A DNA stretch of 64,000 nucleotides from Anaeromyxobacteraceae bacterium (GTDB lineage: Bacteria; Myxococcota; Myxococcia; Myxococcales; Anaeromyxobacteraceae), in contig JAULAX010000015.1 of assembly GCA_032654565.1 (NCBI GenBank), positions 1,152,001 through 1,216,000 of the forward strand, read 5' to 3'. This document shows positions 34,306-45,780 of the stretch, piece after piece. A model generated the notes under the pieces. That model saw only the letters and a list, made by a program, of their open reading frames with translations, was not told where the DNA came from and ran no database searches. Position numbers and translations under genes: made by a program. The first letter of the stretch is position 1. The number at the start of each line of letters is the position of its first letter.

Positions 34306-35781
34306 ATGACCTCGCCGCGGCCGCCCGCCTTCGACGACGAGCGCTTCTTCCGCGACGCCCTGCAGCTCCTCGGCACCCTCGACCTGGAGCAGCTGCAGGA
34401 GCTGGCGCTGCAGGTGCTGGCCCGGGTCACCGACGCCCAGGGGGCGGCGCTCTGGGTGGCCGACGAGCGCGGCGCCCTCACCCTGCGCGGCTACCGCGGC
34501 GTGGTCGACCGCGGCGCCCTCTCCCCCCGCATCGACCCGCACGACGAGCCCTGGGCCGGGGCGGTGGCGCGGCCGGCGGCGCTGCCGGCGCCCGGGCTCC
34601 GGCCCGGCGAGGCCTTCTACGTGCCGCTGGTGGCCAACGACGAGCTGCTCGGGCTGGCCCTGCTGGCCGACCGGGCCAGCGGCCGCTTCGGCGCCGACGA
34701 GCAGGCCGCCGCCCTGGCGGTGGCCGGCTTCACCGCCATCGCCGTCCGCAACGCCCGCCGCTTCCAGGCCCTGGAGCGGGTCGGGCTGCGCGACCGCGAG
34801 ACCGGCGCCTACAACCTGGCCTACTTCGTCGACTACGCCGGCAAGGAGTTCTACAAGGCCCGCCGCTACTCCCGGGCCTTCTCGCTGGTGGTCATCTCCA
34901 TCGACAACGTCGACCAGCTGCGCAAGGCCGGCGGGCGCGACCTCTACCGGCGCGCCATGCGCGACCTGGTCGGCGCCGTCTCCCGCGTCATCCGCGACGC
35001 CGACATCCTCGCCAAGGTCACCGAGAGCGAATACTACCTGCTGCTCCCCGAGACCGATCCCTTCGGCGCCCAGCTCTTCCTGCGGCGCGCCGCCGAGGAG
35101 ATCCGCGGCGAGCCCTCCATCCGCCTGCTCGAGGAGCAGGCCCCGGTGCTGGTGAGCATGGGGGCGGCCGCCTTCCCGAGGGACGGCGAGGACTTCGACG
35201 AGCTGCTCCACTGGGCCCGCCAGCGCGTCGAGGCCCAGCGCGGCTCGCTGGTGCGCCGGCTCCAGCTCGGCGACCTGGAGCGGACCGCCTTCTGGGAGCT
35301 CGCCGACCTGCTCATCTCCGGCGCCCCCCACCTGGCCGACAGCAGCCCCTCGGCGCGGCGCCCCGCCGACCCCGAGGCCTTCGCGGCGGTGCAGCGCGAG
35401 GTGGCCCGCGAGCTGGGCCGCGACCCGCGCGCCCGCGGCCTGGTCTACGTGGGCGGCCCGGGGCTGGCCCGCGCCCCGCTGCGCGAGGCCCTCCCCGCCG
35501 CCGAGTCCACCGCCCGCGCCGGCGACGCCTCGGCCCACGTCTACCTGCTCGGCCCCCGCGGCGGCGACCGGCCCGGCACGCCCCACCCCCAGGTCACCGA
35601 GGTCTGGCTCGACGGCGACCAGCGGCTCGGCGGCCACCAGTTCCTGCTCCACCTCTCCGAGCAGGGGGGCTACGCCTGGCTCTCCAGCCAGGACGGCCGC
35701 GCCTTCCACACCTCCGACGTGCCGCTGGTCGACGCCCTGGTGCAGCGCCTCCAGGCCCTCTACGACCTGCAGCCCCTCTAG
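34306..35781 (+). CDS. GAF plus degenerate GGDEF-domain protein
   Basis: GAF 'VPLVANDELLG'; 'D.ETGAYN..YF'; the GGDEF position reads 'TESEY'. Confidence 0.8.
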   Translation: MTSPRPPAFDDERFFRDALQLLGTLDLEQLQELALQVLARVTDAQGAALWVADERGALTLRGYRGVVDRGALSPRIDPHDEPWAGAVARPAALPAPGLRPGEAFYVPLVANDELLGLALLADRASGRFGADEQAAALAVAGFTAIAVRNARRFQALERVGLRDRETGAYNLAYFVDYAGKEFYKARRYSRAFSLVVISIDNVDQLRKAGGRDLYRRAMRDLVGAVSRVIRDADILAKVTESEYYLLLPETDPFGAQLFLRRAAEEIRGEPSIRLLEEQAPVLVSMGAAAFPRDGEDFDELLHWARQRVEAQRGSLVRRLQLGDLERTAFWELADLLISGAPHLADSSPSARRPADPEAFAAVQREVARELGRDPRARGLVYVGGPGLARAPLREALPAAESTARAGDASAHVYLLGPRGGDRPGTPHPQVTEVWLDGDQRLGGHQFLLHLSEQGGYAWLSSQDGRAFHTSDVPLVDALVQRLQALYDLQPL

Positions 35782-35793
35782 CCCGGTCCCGCC

Positions 35794-37251
35794 ATGCCCC
35801 CGGTCCGAAAGATCCTCATCGCCGACCCCGACCCGGAGACGGTGCGCCTGCTGGCCCCGCCGCTGCGGCAGCGCGGCTACCAGGTCCACGCCGCCCGCGA
35901 CGGCTCCCGGGCGCTGCAGGTGGCCATCCTGCGCTTCCCCGACCTGGTCATCTTCGACGAGCTCTCGCCGCTGCTCGACGCCCGCACCTTCGTCCGCATC
36001 CTGCGCACCAACCCGCGCACCGAGCGGATCCCGGTGCTGCTCACCGGCGAGGGCGAGGACCCGGAGCGGACCCGCCTCGGCACCTGGCTGCGCAAGCCGC
36101 TGCGGCTCGACGAGGTGCTGGCCCGCGTCGAGCAGCTCTTCCGGCGGGCCGACGCCACCCAGGCCGCCGGCGCCGCCGCCGACCTGGAGGGCAACCTCGC
36201 CCAGCTCCCGCTCACCGACCTGCTGCAGATCCTCTCGGTCAACCGGCGCTCCGGCCAGCTCTCGGTGGAGCGCGGCGGCGAGCGGGCCGAGGTCTTCCTG
36301 CGCGAGGGGCGGGTCATCGACGCCCGCTTCGGCCTGGCCGGCGGCGAGAAGGCGCTCTGGCGGCTGCTCACCCGGCACGAGGGGCAGTTCACCTTCGCCC
36401 CCGGCGAGCCGCCCGGTCCCGACCGGATCTCCCGGCGGCTCGACGACCTGCTCCTGGAGGGGCTGCGCCAGGCCGACGAGCTGGCCCGGCTGCTCCCCGC
36501 CCTGCCGGCGCCGGGCGAGACCGTGGAGCTGGCGGTCCACCCCGGCGAGATCCCGGCCGGCCTCCACCCCGTCACCGCCGAGGTGGTGGTCAACCTGCGG
36601 GCCCCCTGCCGGGTGGCCGAGCTCATCGACCGCTGCGCCGCCTCCGACCTCGAGTCGGCCCGGGCGCTGCAGGCGCTGCTGGAGCACGGCTACGCCCGCC
36701 TGGCCCCGGCGGCGGCCCCCCCGGTGGAGCCGGAGGCGCTGCTGGCCCACCACGAGCTGCACGCCTTCCGCACCCGGGTCGGGCGCGGGCGGGCCTCGGG
36801 GGGGCGCACCATCGGCAAGGTGGTGGTGACCGGCGGCGGCCCGCTCTCGCGACGGGCGGCGCTGGCCCGCTTCGCGGCGCTGCCGGGCTTCCAGGCCACC
36901 GCGGCCGACGGCGAGGCCGTCCACTTCGGCACCCTGGGGCGGCTCAACCTGGGCGAGGGCGTGCGGGTGGACCTGGTGGAGCTGCCCGGCGAGCCGGAGC
37001 AGCGCCCGCTCTGGCGGCCGTTCGGGGCCGGGGCGGTGGGGGCGCTGGTGCTGCTCCCGGTGGACAGCGACGGCCTGCTCGAGGAGCTGGTGCGGGTGCT
37101 GCAGGTGCCGGTGGTGGTCTGCGGTCCGGCCGGGGCCGAGCTGCCCTCGCCGCTGCGCGACCACCCGGCGGGCGTCACCGCCGGCGGCAGCGACGCCGCC
37201 GAGGCGCTGCGGGCGCTGCTGGCCGGGGCCGGGGCGCGCGCCGCCTACTGA
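35794..37251 (+). CDS. Response regulator-DUF4388 protein with degenerate small-GTPase-like C-terminus
   Basis: KILIAD..PDLVIFD..IPVLL..KP receiver; LEGNL.QLPLTDLLQIL..NRRSG DUF4388; 'ELPGE...PLW..F..GAVGALVL'. Confidence 0.8.
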   Translation: MPPVRKILIADPDPETVRLLAPPLRQRGYQVHAARDGSRALQVAILRFPDLVIFDELSPLLDARTFVRILRTNPRTERIPVLLTGEGEDPERTRLGTWLRKPLRLDEVLARVEQLFRRADATQAAGAAADLEGNLAQLPLTDLLQILSVNRRSGQLSVERGGERAEVFLREGRVIDARFGLAGGEKALWRLLTRHEGQFTFAPGEPPGPDRISRRLDDLLLEGLRQADELARLLPALPAPGETVELAVHPGEIPAGLHPVTAEVVVNLRAPCRVAELIDRCAASDLESARALQALLEHGYARLAPAAAPPVEPEALLAHHELHAFRTRVGRGRASGGRTIGKVVVTGGGPLSRRAALARFAALPGFQATAADGEAVHFGTLGRLNLGEGVRVDLVELPGEPEQRPLWRPFGAGAVGALVLLPVDSDGLLEELVRVLQVPVVVCGPAGAELPSPLRDHPAGVTAGGSDAAEALRALLAGAGARAAY

Positions 37252-37293
37252 CGGGCGGCGCGGCGGCGATCGCGGCTGCGATCGCGGGCGGAA

Positions 37294-37731
37294 TTACTGG
37301 CCGCTGGCGCGGCCGTCGCGCTGGGCGTTCAGGTAGTCGACCAGGCGGCGGTCGGTCCGGCAGATGTGCTCGCAGAGCCAGGCGGTCACCCGGTTGCCGA
37401 ACTTGATGACGAAGACCGGACCGGCCCCGTCGGCCCGGTAGTCCTGGAAGAGCCGGGCGTACTCGGCCACGAAGCGCTGGTGCTCGTCGTGGTGGGTGGC
37501 CATCTCCGGGTAGCCGGCCTCGGCCATGATCCGCTCCTCGGCCTCGAAGTGGTGGACCACGTAGTCGCCCAGGAAGGTGAGCAGCCGCCCCACCTCGGTG
37601 CGGGCCCGCCGGTCGCGGGTGGCGGCCAGCAGCTGGTCGATGCGCCGGAAGAGCTCGCGGTGCTGCTCGTCGATGTCCGGCTCGCCGGTCTCCAGGCTCT
37701 TGTCCCAGCTGATCTGGATCCGGACCTCCAT
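37294..37731 (-). CDS. Bacteriohemerythrin
   Basis: W...ID.QHREL...HFEAEE..M..YP..H..EH..F...WL..HI...D. Confidence 0.9.
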   Translation of the reverse strand: MEVRIQISWDKSLETGEPDIDEQHRELFRRIDQLLAATRDRRARTEVGRLLTFLGDYVVHHFEAEERIMAEAGYPEMATHHDEHQRFVAEYARLFQDYRADGAGPVFVIKFGNRVTAWLCEHICRTDRRLVDYLNAQRDGRASGQ

Positions 37732-37776
37732 GCGGCACGCCTCCTGGTCACTCCCCCGTGCGGGGGTGCGAGCCTA

Positions 37777-38304
37777 TCACGCCGAACGAGGGGCGCCAGA
37801 GGCCGGGGGCCCGGCGGGGGAGGGGGCGGCCCCGGTCGGCGAGCCGGACGCTGCGGCCGTGCCCCGGCCTGCCGAGGCGCCGGCGGCGGCGGCCCGGGCG
37901 GCGGTGACGAACTGGCCCAGGGCCACGTCGGCCACGTAGACGTGGTCGCGGATCCAGGCCACCACCTCGCGCTCCAGCCGCAGCACCCGCTCGGCGCTGG
38001 CGCCGCGCTGCCGCATGGTGGCGTCCAGCTCCAGCATCGAGCCGGCGAAGGCGGCGTGCTCGGCGGCGTGGGCGGCGGCGTCGGGGTAGCGGTGCTCGCG
38101 CATCAGCCGCTCCTCGGCGGCGAAGTGGAGCACCACGTGCTCGCGCAGGAAGCTGGCCAGCGTGGCGGCCTCGCCGCGGTCGCCGCGGAGCATGGCGTCG
38201 AGCAGCCGGTCGACGCGCTCGAAGAGCTCGCGGTGCTGGGCGTCGAGGTCGGCGACCCCGAGCGACAGCGTGCTGGACCATTGAAGCGCCACCAGTTCCC
38301 CCAC
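37777..38304 (-). CDS. Bacteriohemerythrin
   Basis: LDAQHREL...HFAAEERLM..YP..H..EH..F...WIRDHV..AD. Confidence 0.9.
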   Translation of the reverse strand: MGELVALQWSSTLSLGVADLDAQHRELFERVDRLLDAMLRGDRGEAATLASFLREHVVLHFAAEERLMREHRYPDAAAHAAEHAAFAGSMLELDATMRQRGASAERVLRLEREVVAWIRDHVYVADVALGQFVTAARAAAAGASAGRGTAAASGSPTGAAPSPAGPPASGAPRSA

Positions 38305-38425
38305 GGACGGTGCGTCCTGCCAATGTCCGCAGTGTAGGTGGATCGGCGCGAGAACACACGAGACCGGCTCGGGGTGCGTGAATTGACGCTGGAGTGCGCC
38401 AATTGACGCTCCCGCAGAGGGCGGG

Positions 38426-39811
38426 TCAGGCGGGGAGCGGGCCGCGGTCGGCGAGCCGCTCGACGGCGCGCCTTTGCCGTGCCCCAGCGTGTCCCACCAC
38501 CACGCCGACCAGCCGAGTCCGGCGGAAGGTGGCGGCCGCCACCTTCTGCAGGGCGGCCGGCGTCACCGCCTCCACTCTCCGGCAACGGGCCTCGAACCCC
38601 TCCGGCGACGACAGCACCTCGCCGGCGCCGTACCAGCCCACCAGGTCGGCGGGGCTGTCGAGCGAGAAGGCCAGCATCATCCGGTGGCGCCGCTGCACCC
38701 GCAGCAGCTCCGCCTCCGGCACCGGCTTCTCGGCCAGCTCGGCCAGCACCAGCAGGATCCGCTCCAGCACCCGGGCCAGCTTGCGCGGCGAGCAGGCGCC
38801 GTCGATCACCAGCATGCCGGCGTCGGTGAAGGTGTCGAGGCCGCAGTGGAGCGAGTAGGCCAGGCCGCGCTTCTCCACCACCTCGAAGGGCAGGCGCGAG
38901 GAGAGGCCGTCGTCGAGCACCCGCCGCAGCATCAGGAAGGCCGGGTAGTCGGGGTGCAGCTCGGGCGGGCAGGGGAAGGCCAGGGTGAACTCGGCCTGGG
39001 CGTCGTCGTGCTCCACCAGCTCCAGGCGCGGGCCGTCCGGCCAGGGCGGCGGCGGGCGGTCCACCGAGCGGACGCCGCGGGGGAGCTCCCCGAGGTGGCG
39101 GTGGGCCAGCTCCAGCACCTCGGCGTGGCGCACCGGGCCGGCCACCGCCAGCACCAGGTTCTCGCCGGTGTAGAAGCGGTCGAGGTGGGCCTTGGCGTGG
39201 CGGCGGGTCAGCCCCTTCACCGAGGCCGGGGTGCCGCCGATCTTGCGGGCCAGCGGGTGATCGCCGAAGACCAGCCGCTTCACCAGGTTGTCCGGGTCGA
39301 TGTCGCGGCCGTCGGTGTCCACCTCGTCGAGGATCTCCTCCAGGATCACCTCGCGCTCCACCTCGATCTCCTTGAGCAGCGGGCGGCGCACCATCTCCCC
39401 CAGCACCGAGAGGCCGGTGGAGAGCTCGGTGGGGTGGAGCGGGGTGTAGTAGGCGCCGTGGTCGCGGGCGGTGACCCCGTTCAGGTTGCCGCCGGCGCTC
39501 TCGATGGCGGCGTTCATGGCCACCGAGTCGGGCCAGCCGGTGGAGCCGCGGAAGAGCAGGTGCTCGAGGAAGTGCGAGACGCCGTTGACCGCGGCCGACT
39601 CGTGGCGCGAGCCGGCCCGGACGTAGAGCGCCGCCATGGCCGAGTGCAGCCCCGGGGCGCTGGCGGTGAGCACCCGCAGGCCGTTCCCGAGCTCGTCCCG
39701 CTGCAGCCGGCCCCAGCTGTCGCCGTCGAGCCGGTGGAGCAGGGCGCTGCGACCCCGGGTCCCGGGGCGGGCGCCGCCGGGCGAGGCGCGCTTGATGCGT
39801 CGCTTGGTCAT
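38426..39811 (-). CDS. M16 (pitrilysin) family zinc peptidase
   Basis: LGNGLRV, AGSRHE, GVSHFLEHLLFRG, SSRL..V.EKRGLAY. Confidence 0.9.
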   Translation of the reverse strand: MTKRRIKRASPGGARPGTRGRSALLHRLDGDSWGRLQRDELGNGLRVLTASAPGLHSAMAALYVRAGSRHESAAVNGVSHFLEHLLFRGSTGWPDSVAMNAAIESAGGNLNGVTARDHGAYYTPLHPTELSTGLSVLGEMVRRPLLKEIEVEREVILEEILDEVDTDGRDIDPDNLVKRLVFGDHPLARKIGGTPASVKGLTRRHAKAHLDRFYTGENLVLAVAGPVRHAEVLELAHRHLGELPRGVRSVDRPPPPWPDGPRLELVEHDDAQAEFTLAFPCPPELHPDYPAFLMLRRVLDDGLSSRLPFEVVEKRGLAYSLHCGLDTFTDAGMLVIDGACSPRKLARVLERILLVLAELAEKPVPEAELLRVQRRHRMMLAFSLDSPADLVGWYGAGEVLSSPEGFEARCRRVEAVTPAALQKVAAATFRRTRLVGVVVGHAGARQRRAVERLADRGPLPA

Positions 39812-41385
39812 GTGGTCACCGCGGCGGGAGGGGCGGCCGGGGCGGCGGCCGGGGCGGCGGGGGCGGCCCGCTCGTCGGGGGCGGCCGGCAGCCAGATGGT
39901 GAAGGTGGCCCCCTGGCCGGGGGCGCCGTCGCAGCGGACGGTGCCGCCGTGCTCCTGCACCACCTCCTGCACGAAGGCCAGCCCCAGCCCGGTGCCGCGC
40001 TCCTTGGTGGAGTAGAAGGGGTCGAAGAGGCGCGACATCGCCTCCGGGGCGATGCCGGCGCCGCTGTCGCCCACCGAGAGCTCGACGCCGTCGCCGGCCC
40101 GCCGCGCCGTCACCGTGAGGGTGCCGCCGCCGGGCATGGCCTCGCGGGCGTTGCGCACCAGGTTGAGCAGCACGGCGCGCAGCCGGGCCTCGTCGCCGCG
40201 GATGGCCGGCACCCCGGGCGGCAGCTCGCGCCGCACCTCGACGCGGGCCGCGGCCAGCTCCGGCGCCAGGAAGTCGAGCAGGTTGCCGACCAGCTCGGCG
40301 AGCTCCTGGCGGCCGCCCGGGCTGCGCGGGGCGCGGGCGAAGCGCAGGTACTCCTCGGTGAGGGCGTTGAGCCGGTCCACCTCGCGCGAGATGGCGGCGC
40401 ACAGGGCCCGGGCCTCGGGGGCGCCGCCGGGGATCCCCTCCAGCTCCTCGGCCAGCAGCTCGGCGTTGAGGCCGAGGGCGTTGAGCGGGTTGCGGACCTC
40501 GTGGGTGATCTGGGCGGAGATGCGCCCCACCGCCGCCAGCCGCTCGGCGCGCCGCAGCTCGCGCTGCTGCGAGAGCAGCGAGGCGGCCATGGCGTTGAAC
40601 TCGCGGGCCAGCAGGGTGAGCTCGTCGTTGCCCACCGGCACCACCTGGCGGGAGAGGTCGCCGGCGGCCACCGCCTTGACCCCCTCGGTGAGCTTCTCGA
40701 TGGGGGCCAGCAGGCGGCGGGCGAAGAGCGCCGCCCCCACCCCCACCATCAGGGCGATGGCCGAGTAGAGGATGATCAGCACCACGGTGCGCGACTCGGT
40801 GGCCTCGGCGGCGTGCACCTGGTCGGCGATGCGGCTCTCCAGCTGGGCCTGCAGCAGCTTGACGTCGAGCGAGAGCGACTTCTCCAGCAGCCGGGTCTCC
40901 TGGGCGCGGGCCTCCAGCAGCTCCGGGGCGCCCCCCTGCTCCAGCAGGTCGAGCAGGGCGTTGGCGGCGGCGTCGTACTGCAGCCAGCGGGCCGAGAGGG
41001 TGTCGAGCCGGGCGGTCACCTCGCCGAGCACCCGGGCGTCCTCCTCGCCGCCCAGCGCCGCGGCGGCGCGGGCCACGCGGCGCCCCTCCTCCAGCTTCTC
41101 GCGGACCAGCGCCGGGAAGTGGGCCCGGACCACCGGCAGGTAGGCGCGGCGCGCCGCCGGGTCCAGGTCACGCACCTCCAGGGCCCGCGAGGCCACCCAG
41201 TCCTTCACCTCCAGCTGGGTGGCGATCCGGCCCAGCGGGAAGTAGCCGGTGGTGAGCAGCTTCAGGTCGCGGCCGAGGTCCTGCAGGCGCGCCACCGCCA
41301 GCGCCGCCACCAGCCCGAAGGCGATGAGGGCGACGGCGAAGGTGAGGAAGATCCTGGTGGCGACTCGACGCATGAGGGGGGACAT
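39808..41385 (-). CDS. HAMP sensor histidine kinase
   Basis: Two TM segments, HAMP, ITHEVRNPL H-box, NLVRNA, DSGAGI, FDPFYSTK.GTGLGL. Confidence 0.92.
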   Translation of the reverse strand: MSPLMRRVATRIFLTFAVALIAFGLVAALAVARLQDLGRDLKLLTTGYFPLGRIATQLEVKDWVASRALEVRDLDPAARRAYLPVVRAHFPALVREKLEEGRRVARAAAALGGEEDARVLGEVTARLDTLSARWLQYDAAANALLDLLEQGGAPELLEARAQETRLLEKSLSLDVKLLQAQLESRIADQVHAAEATESRTVVLIILYSAIALMVGVGAALFARRLLAPIEKLTEGVKAVAAGDLSRQVVPVGNDELTLLAREFNAMAASLLSQQRELRRAERLAAVGRISAQITHEVRNPLNALGLNAELLAEELEGIPGGAPEARALCAAISREVDRLNALTEEYLRFARAPRSPGGRQELAELVGNLLDFLAPELAAARVEVRRELPPGVPAIRGDEARLRAVLLNLVRNAREAMPGGGTLTVTARRAGDGVELSVGDSGAGIAPEAMSRLFDPFYSTKERGTGLGLAFVQEVVQEHGGTVRCDGAPGQGATFTIWLPAAPDERAAPAAPAAAPAAPPAAVTT

Positions 41386-41473
41386 CCTACCGCTTCCCTT
41401 GGCGGCGGATCTTGGGTACCTAATGGAACCCCGTCGTCCGCACCAACCCGATCACCGTCCACCGGAGTTCGCC

Positions 41474-42364
41474 ATGACCGGCTTCGCCATGCTGCTCGCG
41501 CTCGGAGGCGTCCTCGCCGCCGTCGCCTTCTTCATGCACTCGCGCACCGCCCGGGCCGAGGCCGCGGCGCTGGCCGGGCAGATCGACGCCGCCCGGGCCG
41601 AGGCGGCCGCCGCCAGGGAGGCGCTGGCCGCCCAGAAGGGGGAGCTCAAGGAGAAGCGCGAGGAGGCCGGGTCGCTGCGCCTGAAGCTGGACGAGGTGAA
41701 GAAGAAGTCCTTCGAGCAGGTCGAGGCGCAGAAGAAGCTGGGCGGCGCCGTGGCGCTGCGCGAGGAGCTGGACAAGCTGGCGGCCCGGCTGGCCGAGGCC
41801 CGCTCCGAGGCGGCCCACCAGGTGGAGGTGGCCCGGGCGGCCGAGGCGGCGCGGGCCAGGGCGGTGCAGGAGGCCGAGCGGTCCAAGGCGGCGCTCGACC
41901 GCAAGCTGGCCGAGCCGGTCAAGGAGGCCCCGCCGCCCAAGCCGCCCCCCGCCGAGGGGAGCGTCGAGGCCGAGCTGCAGGCGAAGCTGGCCGCCGAGAC
42001 CGAGCGGGCCAACCAGGGCGAGGCGCGCGCCACCGAGCTGCGCAAGAAGCTCTCCGAGCTGGAGAAGGAGCTGAAGGTCGCGCGCGGCAAGAGCGAGACC
42101 GACCGGCGGGTCTTCATCGTCCAGAAGGGCGAGGTCGACCTGGCCCACGACCGCTACACCGAGCTGAAGAAGCGCCACGACCAGCTGCGCCGCGAGCACG
42201 AGGAGCTGATCGAGGCGGTGCGCCAGGCGGCCCGCGAGGAGCGGCAGCAGGCCGAGGGGAAGGGTGGCGCGGTGAAGGCGGCGGTGACCGCGAGCGCCGA
42301 GGCGGCCATGGTCGACGAGGGCGGGTCCGAGCCGAAGCCGGTGGAGCCGCCGGCCGCAGGCTAG
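41474..42364 (+). CDS. Membrane-anchored coiled-coil protein
   Basis: N-terminal TM helix then a long E/K/A/R heptad-rich region; GGAG RBS. Confidence 0.7.
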   Translation: MTGFAMLLALGGVLAAVAFFMHSRTARAEAAALAGQIDAARAEAAAAREALAAQKGELKEKREEAGSLRLKLDEVKKKSFEQVEAQKKLGGAVALREELDKLAARLAEARSEAAHQVEVARAAEAARARAVQEAERSKAALDRKLAEPVKEAPPPKPPPAEGSVEAELQAKLAAETERANQGEARATELRKKLSELEKELKVARGKSETDRRVFIVQKGEVDLAHDRYTELKKRHDQLRREHEELIEAVRQAAREERQQAEGKGGAVKAAVTASAEAAMVDEGGSEPKPVEPPAAG

Positions 42365-42404
42365 GGAGCCGTTCTCCGCCGGGCCCCGCCGGACCGCGGT
42401 CCGG

Positions 42405-42815
42405 CTAGAGGAATGTCTTGGAGAAGGCCCGGGGCAGCAGCGCGCCCAGCGTGGTCTGGTCGCGGGCGCCGCGGGCCCCGAGCAGGACGACCGGGAGCGC
42501 CGCCGAGCCGAACTCGGTGAGCACCTGCAGGCAGGCGCCGCAGGGTGGGGTGGGGGGCGAGGTGCCGCTCGACACCACCACGGCGTCGAGCCGCCGGGCG
42601 CCGGCCAGCACCGCCGCCGCCACCGCGTTCCGCTCGGCGCAGACCGTCAGGCCGGAGCTGGCGTTCTCCACGTTGCAGCCGGCGTGGACCGCGCCGCCGG
42701 CCCAGACCGCCGCCCCCACCTGGAAGCGGCTGTAGGGGGCGTGGGCCCGGGTCCGGGCCTTTCGCGCCGCGGCCGCCAGCCGGGCCAGCGGCAGGGCGGG
42801 GCGGGGCGGGCTCAC
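42405..42815 (-). CDS. cdd: Cytidine deaminase
   Basis: APYSRFQVGAA, GCNVENAS, CAERNA, PCGAC.Q.L.EF. Confidence 0.92.
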   Translation of the reverse strand: MSPPRPALPLARLAAAARKARTRAHAPYSRFQVGAAVWAGGAVHAGCNVENASSGLTVCAERNAVAAAVLAGARRLDAVVVSSGTSPPTPPCGACLQVLTEFGSAALPVVLLGARGARDQTTLGALLPRAFSKTFL

Positions 42816-43144
42816 GCCGCGCCGGCCGCCTGGAGGAAGCGGGCCACCGCCAGCTCCGACTCCAGCGGGATGTCGGTGAAGCGCATGTGGGCGCCGAAGA
42901 CCTCGCCGTCCAGCGAGACCCGCAGCACCTCGCCGAGCGCCATGATCTCGTCGGGGTGGCCGGGCAGGAGGAAGCGGACCTCGACCACGGCGCCGACCGG
43001 CGGGTGGAGGCCGGCGTAGTAGATGCCGCCGAGCGCCAGGTTCCCGTCCCGCTCCACGAAGGAGCCGCCGGTGGCCGCCTCCCGGACCTGGAAGCGGAAC
43101 GGCACCCGCCGACTCTCGCGTCTCTCGTCGTACGACTCCGCCAT
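42812..43144 (-). CDS. PilZ-domain protein
   Basis: ERRESRRVP (RxxxR), NLALGG. Confidence 0.8.
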   Translation of the reverse strand: MAESYDERRESRRVPFRFQVREAATGGSFVERDGNLALGGIYYAGLHPPVGAVVEVRFLLPGHPDEIMALGEVLRVSLDGEVFGAHMRFTDIPLESELAVARFLQAAGAA

Positions 43145-43186
43145 CGACTCCTCCAGCGACCACGCTACCAGCCGGAGGGCGGCGAT

Positions 43187-44031
43187 TCAACGCGCCGCGC
43201 GTGGCAGGAACGCGGCCAGCACCGCCTCCAGCGCCGCCGCCGCCCGCGCCGCCACCGCCTGCACGTCCTCGTGCGTCAAGCGCACGCCGGAGAGCCCGGC
43301 CGCCGGGTTGGTGACCAGCGACAGGCCGGCCACCGGGACGCCGTGGTGGCGGGCCGCGGTGACCTCGTGGACCGTGGACATGCCCACCAGGTCGGCCCCC
43401 AGCGCCGCCAGCATGCGGATCTCGGCCGGGGTCTCGTAGGCCGGGCCGTGCATCCCGGCGTAGACGCCGCGGCGCAGCGGGTGGCCGGCCTCCACGGCGG
43501 CCGCCTCCAGCAGCGCCCCCAGGGCCGGGTCGTAGGCCGCCCCCATGTCGGGGAAGCGCGGGCCGACGGCGTCGTCGTTGTCGCCGGTGAGGGCGCTCTG
43601 GCCGGTCAGGTTGAGGTGGTCGGTGATGCGGACCAGCGCGCCGGGGCCGAAGCCGGGGGCGATGCCGCCGGCGGCGTTGGTCACCAGCAGCGCCTTCACC
43701 CCCAGCGAACAGAGCACCCGGGCCCCGAAGGCCACCTCGGCGGCGCTCCAGCCCTCGTAGCCGTGGACCCGCCCCTGCATCAGCGCCACCCGCACCGGGC
43801 CGCCGGCCGCCGGCAGGTCGCCCACCACCAGCCGCCCCTCGTGGCCCTCCACCCGCGAGATCGGGAAGCCGGGGAGCTCGCCGTAGGGGATGGCCACGGC
43901 CCGCTCCAGCCGCCCGGCGAAGCCGCCCAGGCCGGAGCCGAGGATGGCCGCCACCTGCGGCGGGGCGCCGGTGCGGGCGCGGATCAGCGACGTGACCGAG
44001 GCCAGGTGGGCGGAGAGCGAGCGGAACGGGC

Positions 44032-44035
<4 letters not shown>
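43187..44035 (-). CDS. Purine-nucleoside phosphorylase (trimeric type)
   Basis: ILGSGLG, GRVHGYEG, TNAAGG, GPAYETPAE, GMSTV.E. Confidence 0.92.
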
Positions 44036-45348
<1,313 letters not shown>

Positions 45349-45381
45349 GCCGGCTCCCCGTGAGCGCCGCTCACCAGACGC

Positions 45382-45765
45382 TCACCAGATGATCGAGTCG
45401 ACCAGCTCGTCCACCATGTCGCCCAGCTTCTCGATGCCGCGCGACTTGGAGAGGTAGCCGTCGGCGCCGGCCTGCTCGGCGATCTCGGCCAGCTCCTCGT
45501 CCGGCTTGGAGCTGAAGAGGATGATGGGGATGCGCTCGGTGTGGAAGTCCTGCTTGAGCACCCGGACGATGTCCTTGCCGGAGATGTCCGGCATCATCAG
45601 GTCGGTGAGGATGACCTCGGGCTGGAAGCGCTCCAGCTCGGCCTGGAACTCGAGCAGGGTGGCGGCCACCACCACCTCGTAGCCGCGCTCCTCGAGCACG
45701 GACCGCTCCATCTCCAGCGTGATGGCGGAGTCGTCGAGCAGCAGGATCTTCTTCTTTCCAGCCAT
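45382..45765 (-). CDS. Single-domain response regulator
   Basis: ILLLDDS, ILTDLMMP, IILFSS, GADGYLSK. Confidence 0.92.
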   Translation of the reverse strand: MAGKKKILLLDDSAITLEMERSVLEERGYEVVVAATLLEFQAELERFQPEVILTDLMMPDISGKDIVRVLKQDFHTERIPIILFSSKPDEELAEIAEQAGADGYLSKSRGIEKLGDMVDELVDSIIW

Positions 45766-45780
45766 CAGGTCTCGTCGGTC

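Noticed and set aside
30859..37164. 2101-aa minus-strand ORF and many other long shadow ORFs
   Set aside because: Antisense or alternate frames of clear genes; stop-codon scarcity in high-GC DNA; no motifs.
37294..38304. Tandem hemerythrins as a novel system
   Set aside because: Multiple hemerythrins are common in anaerobic and microaerophilic Myxococcota/deltaproteobacteria.
45368..45389. 11-bp tandem duplication CGCTCACCAGA at the response-regulator stop
   Set aside because: Likely a slippage duplication with no coding effect.
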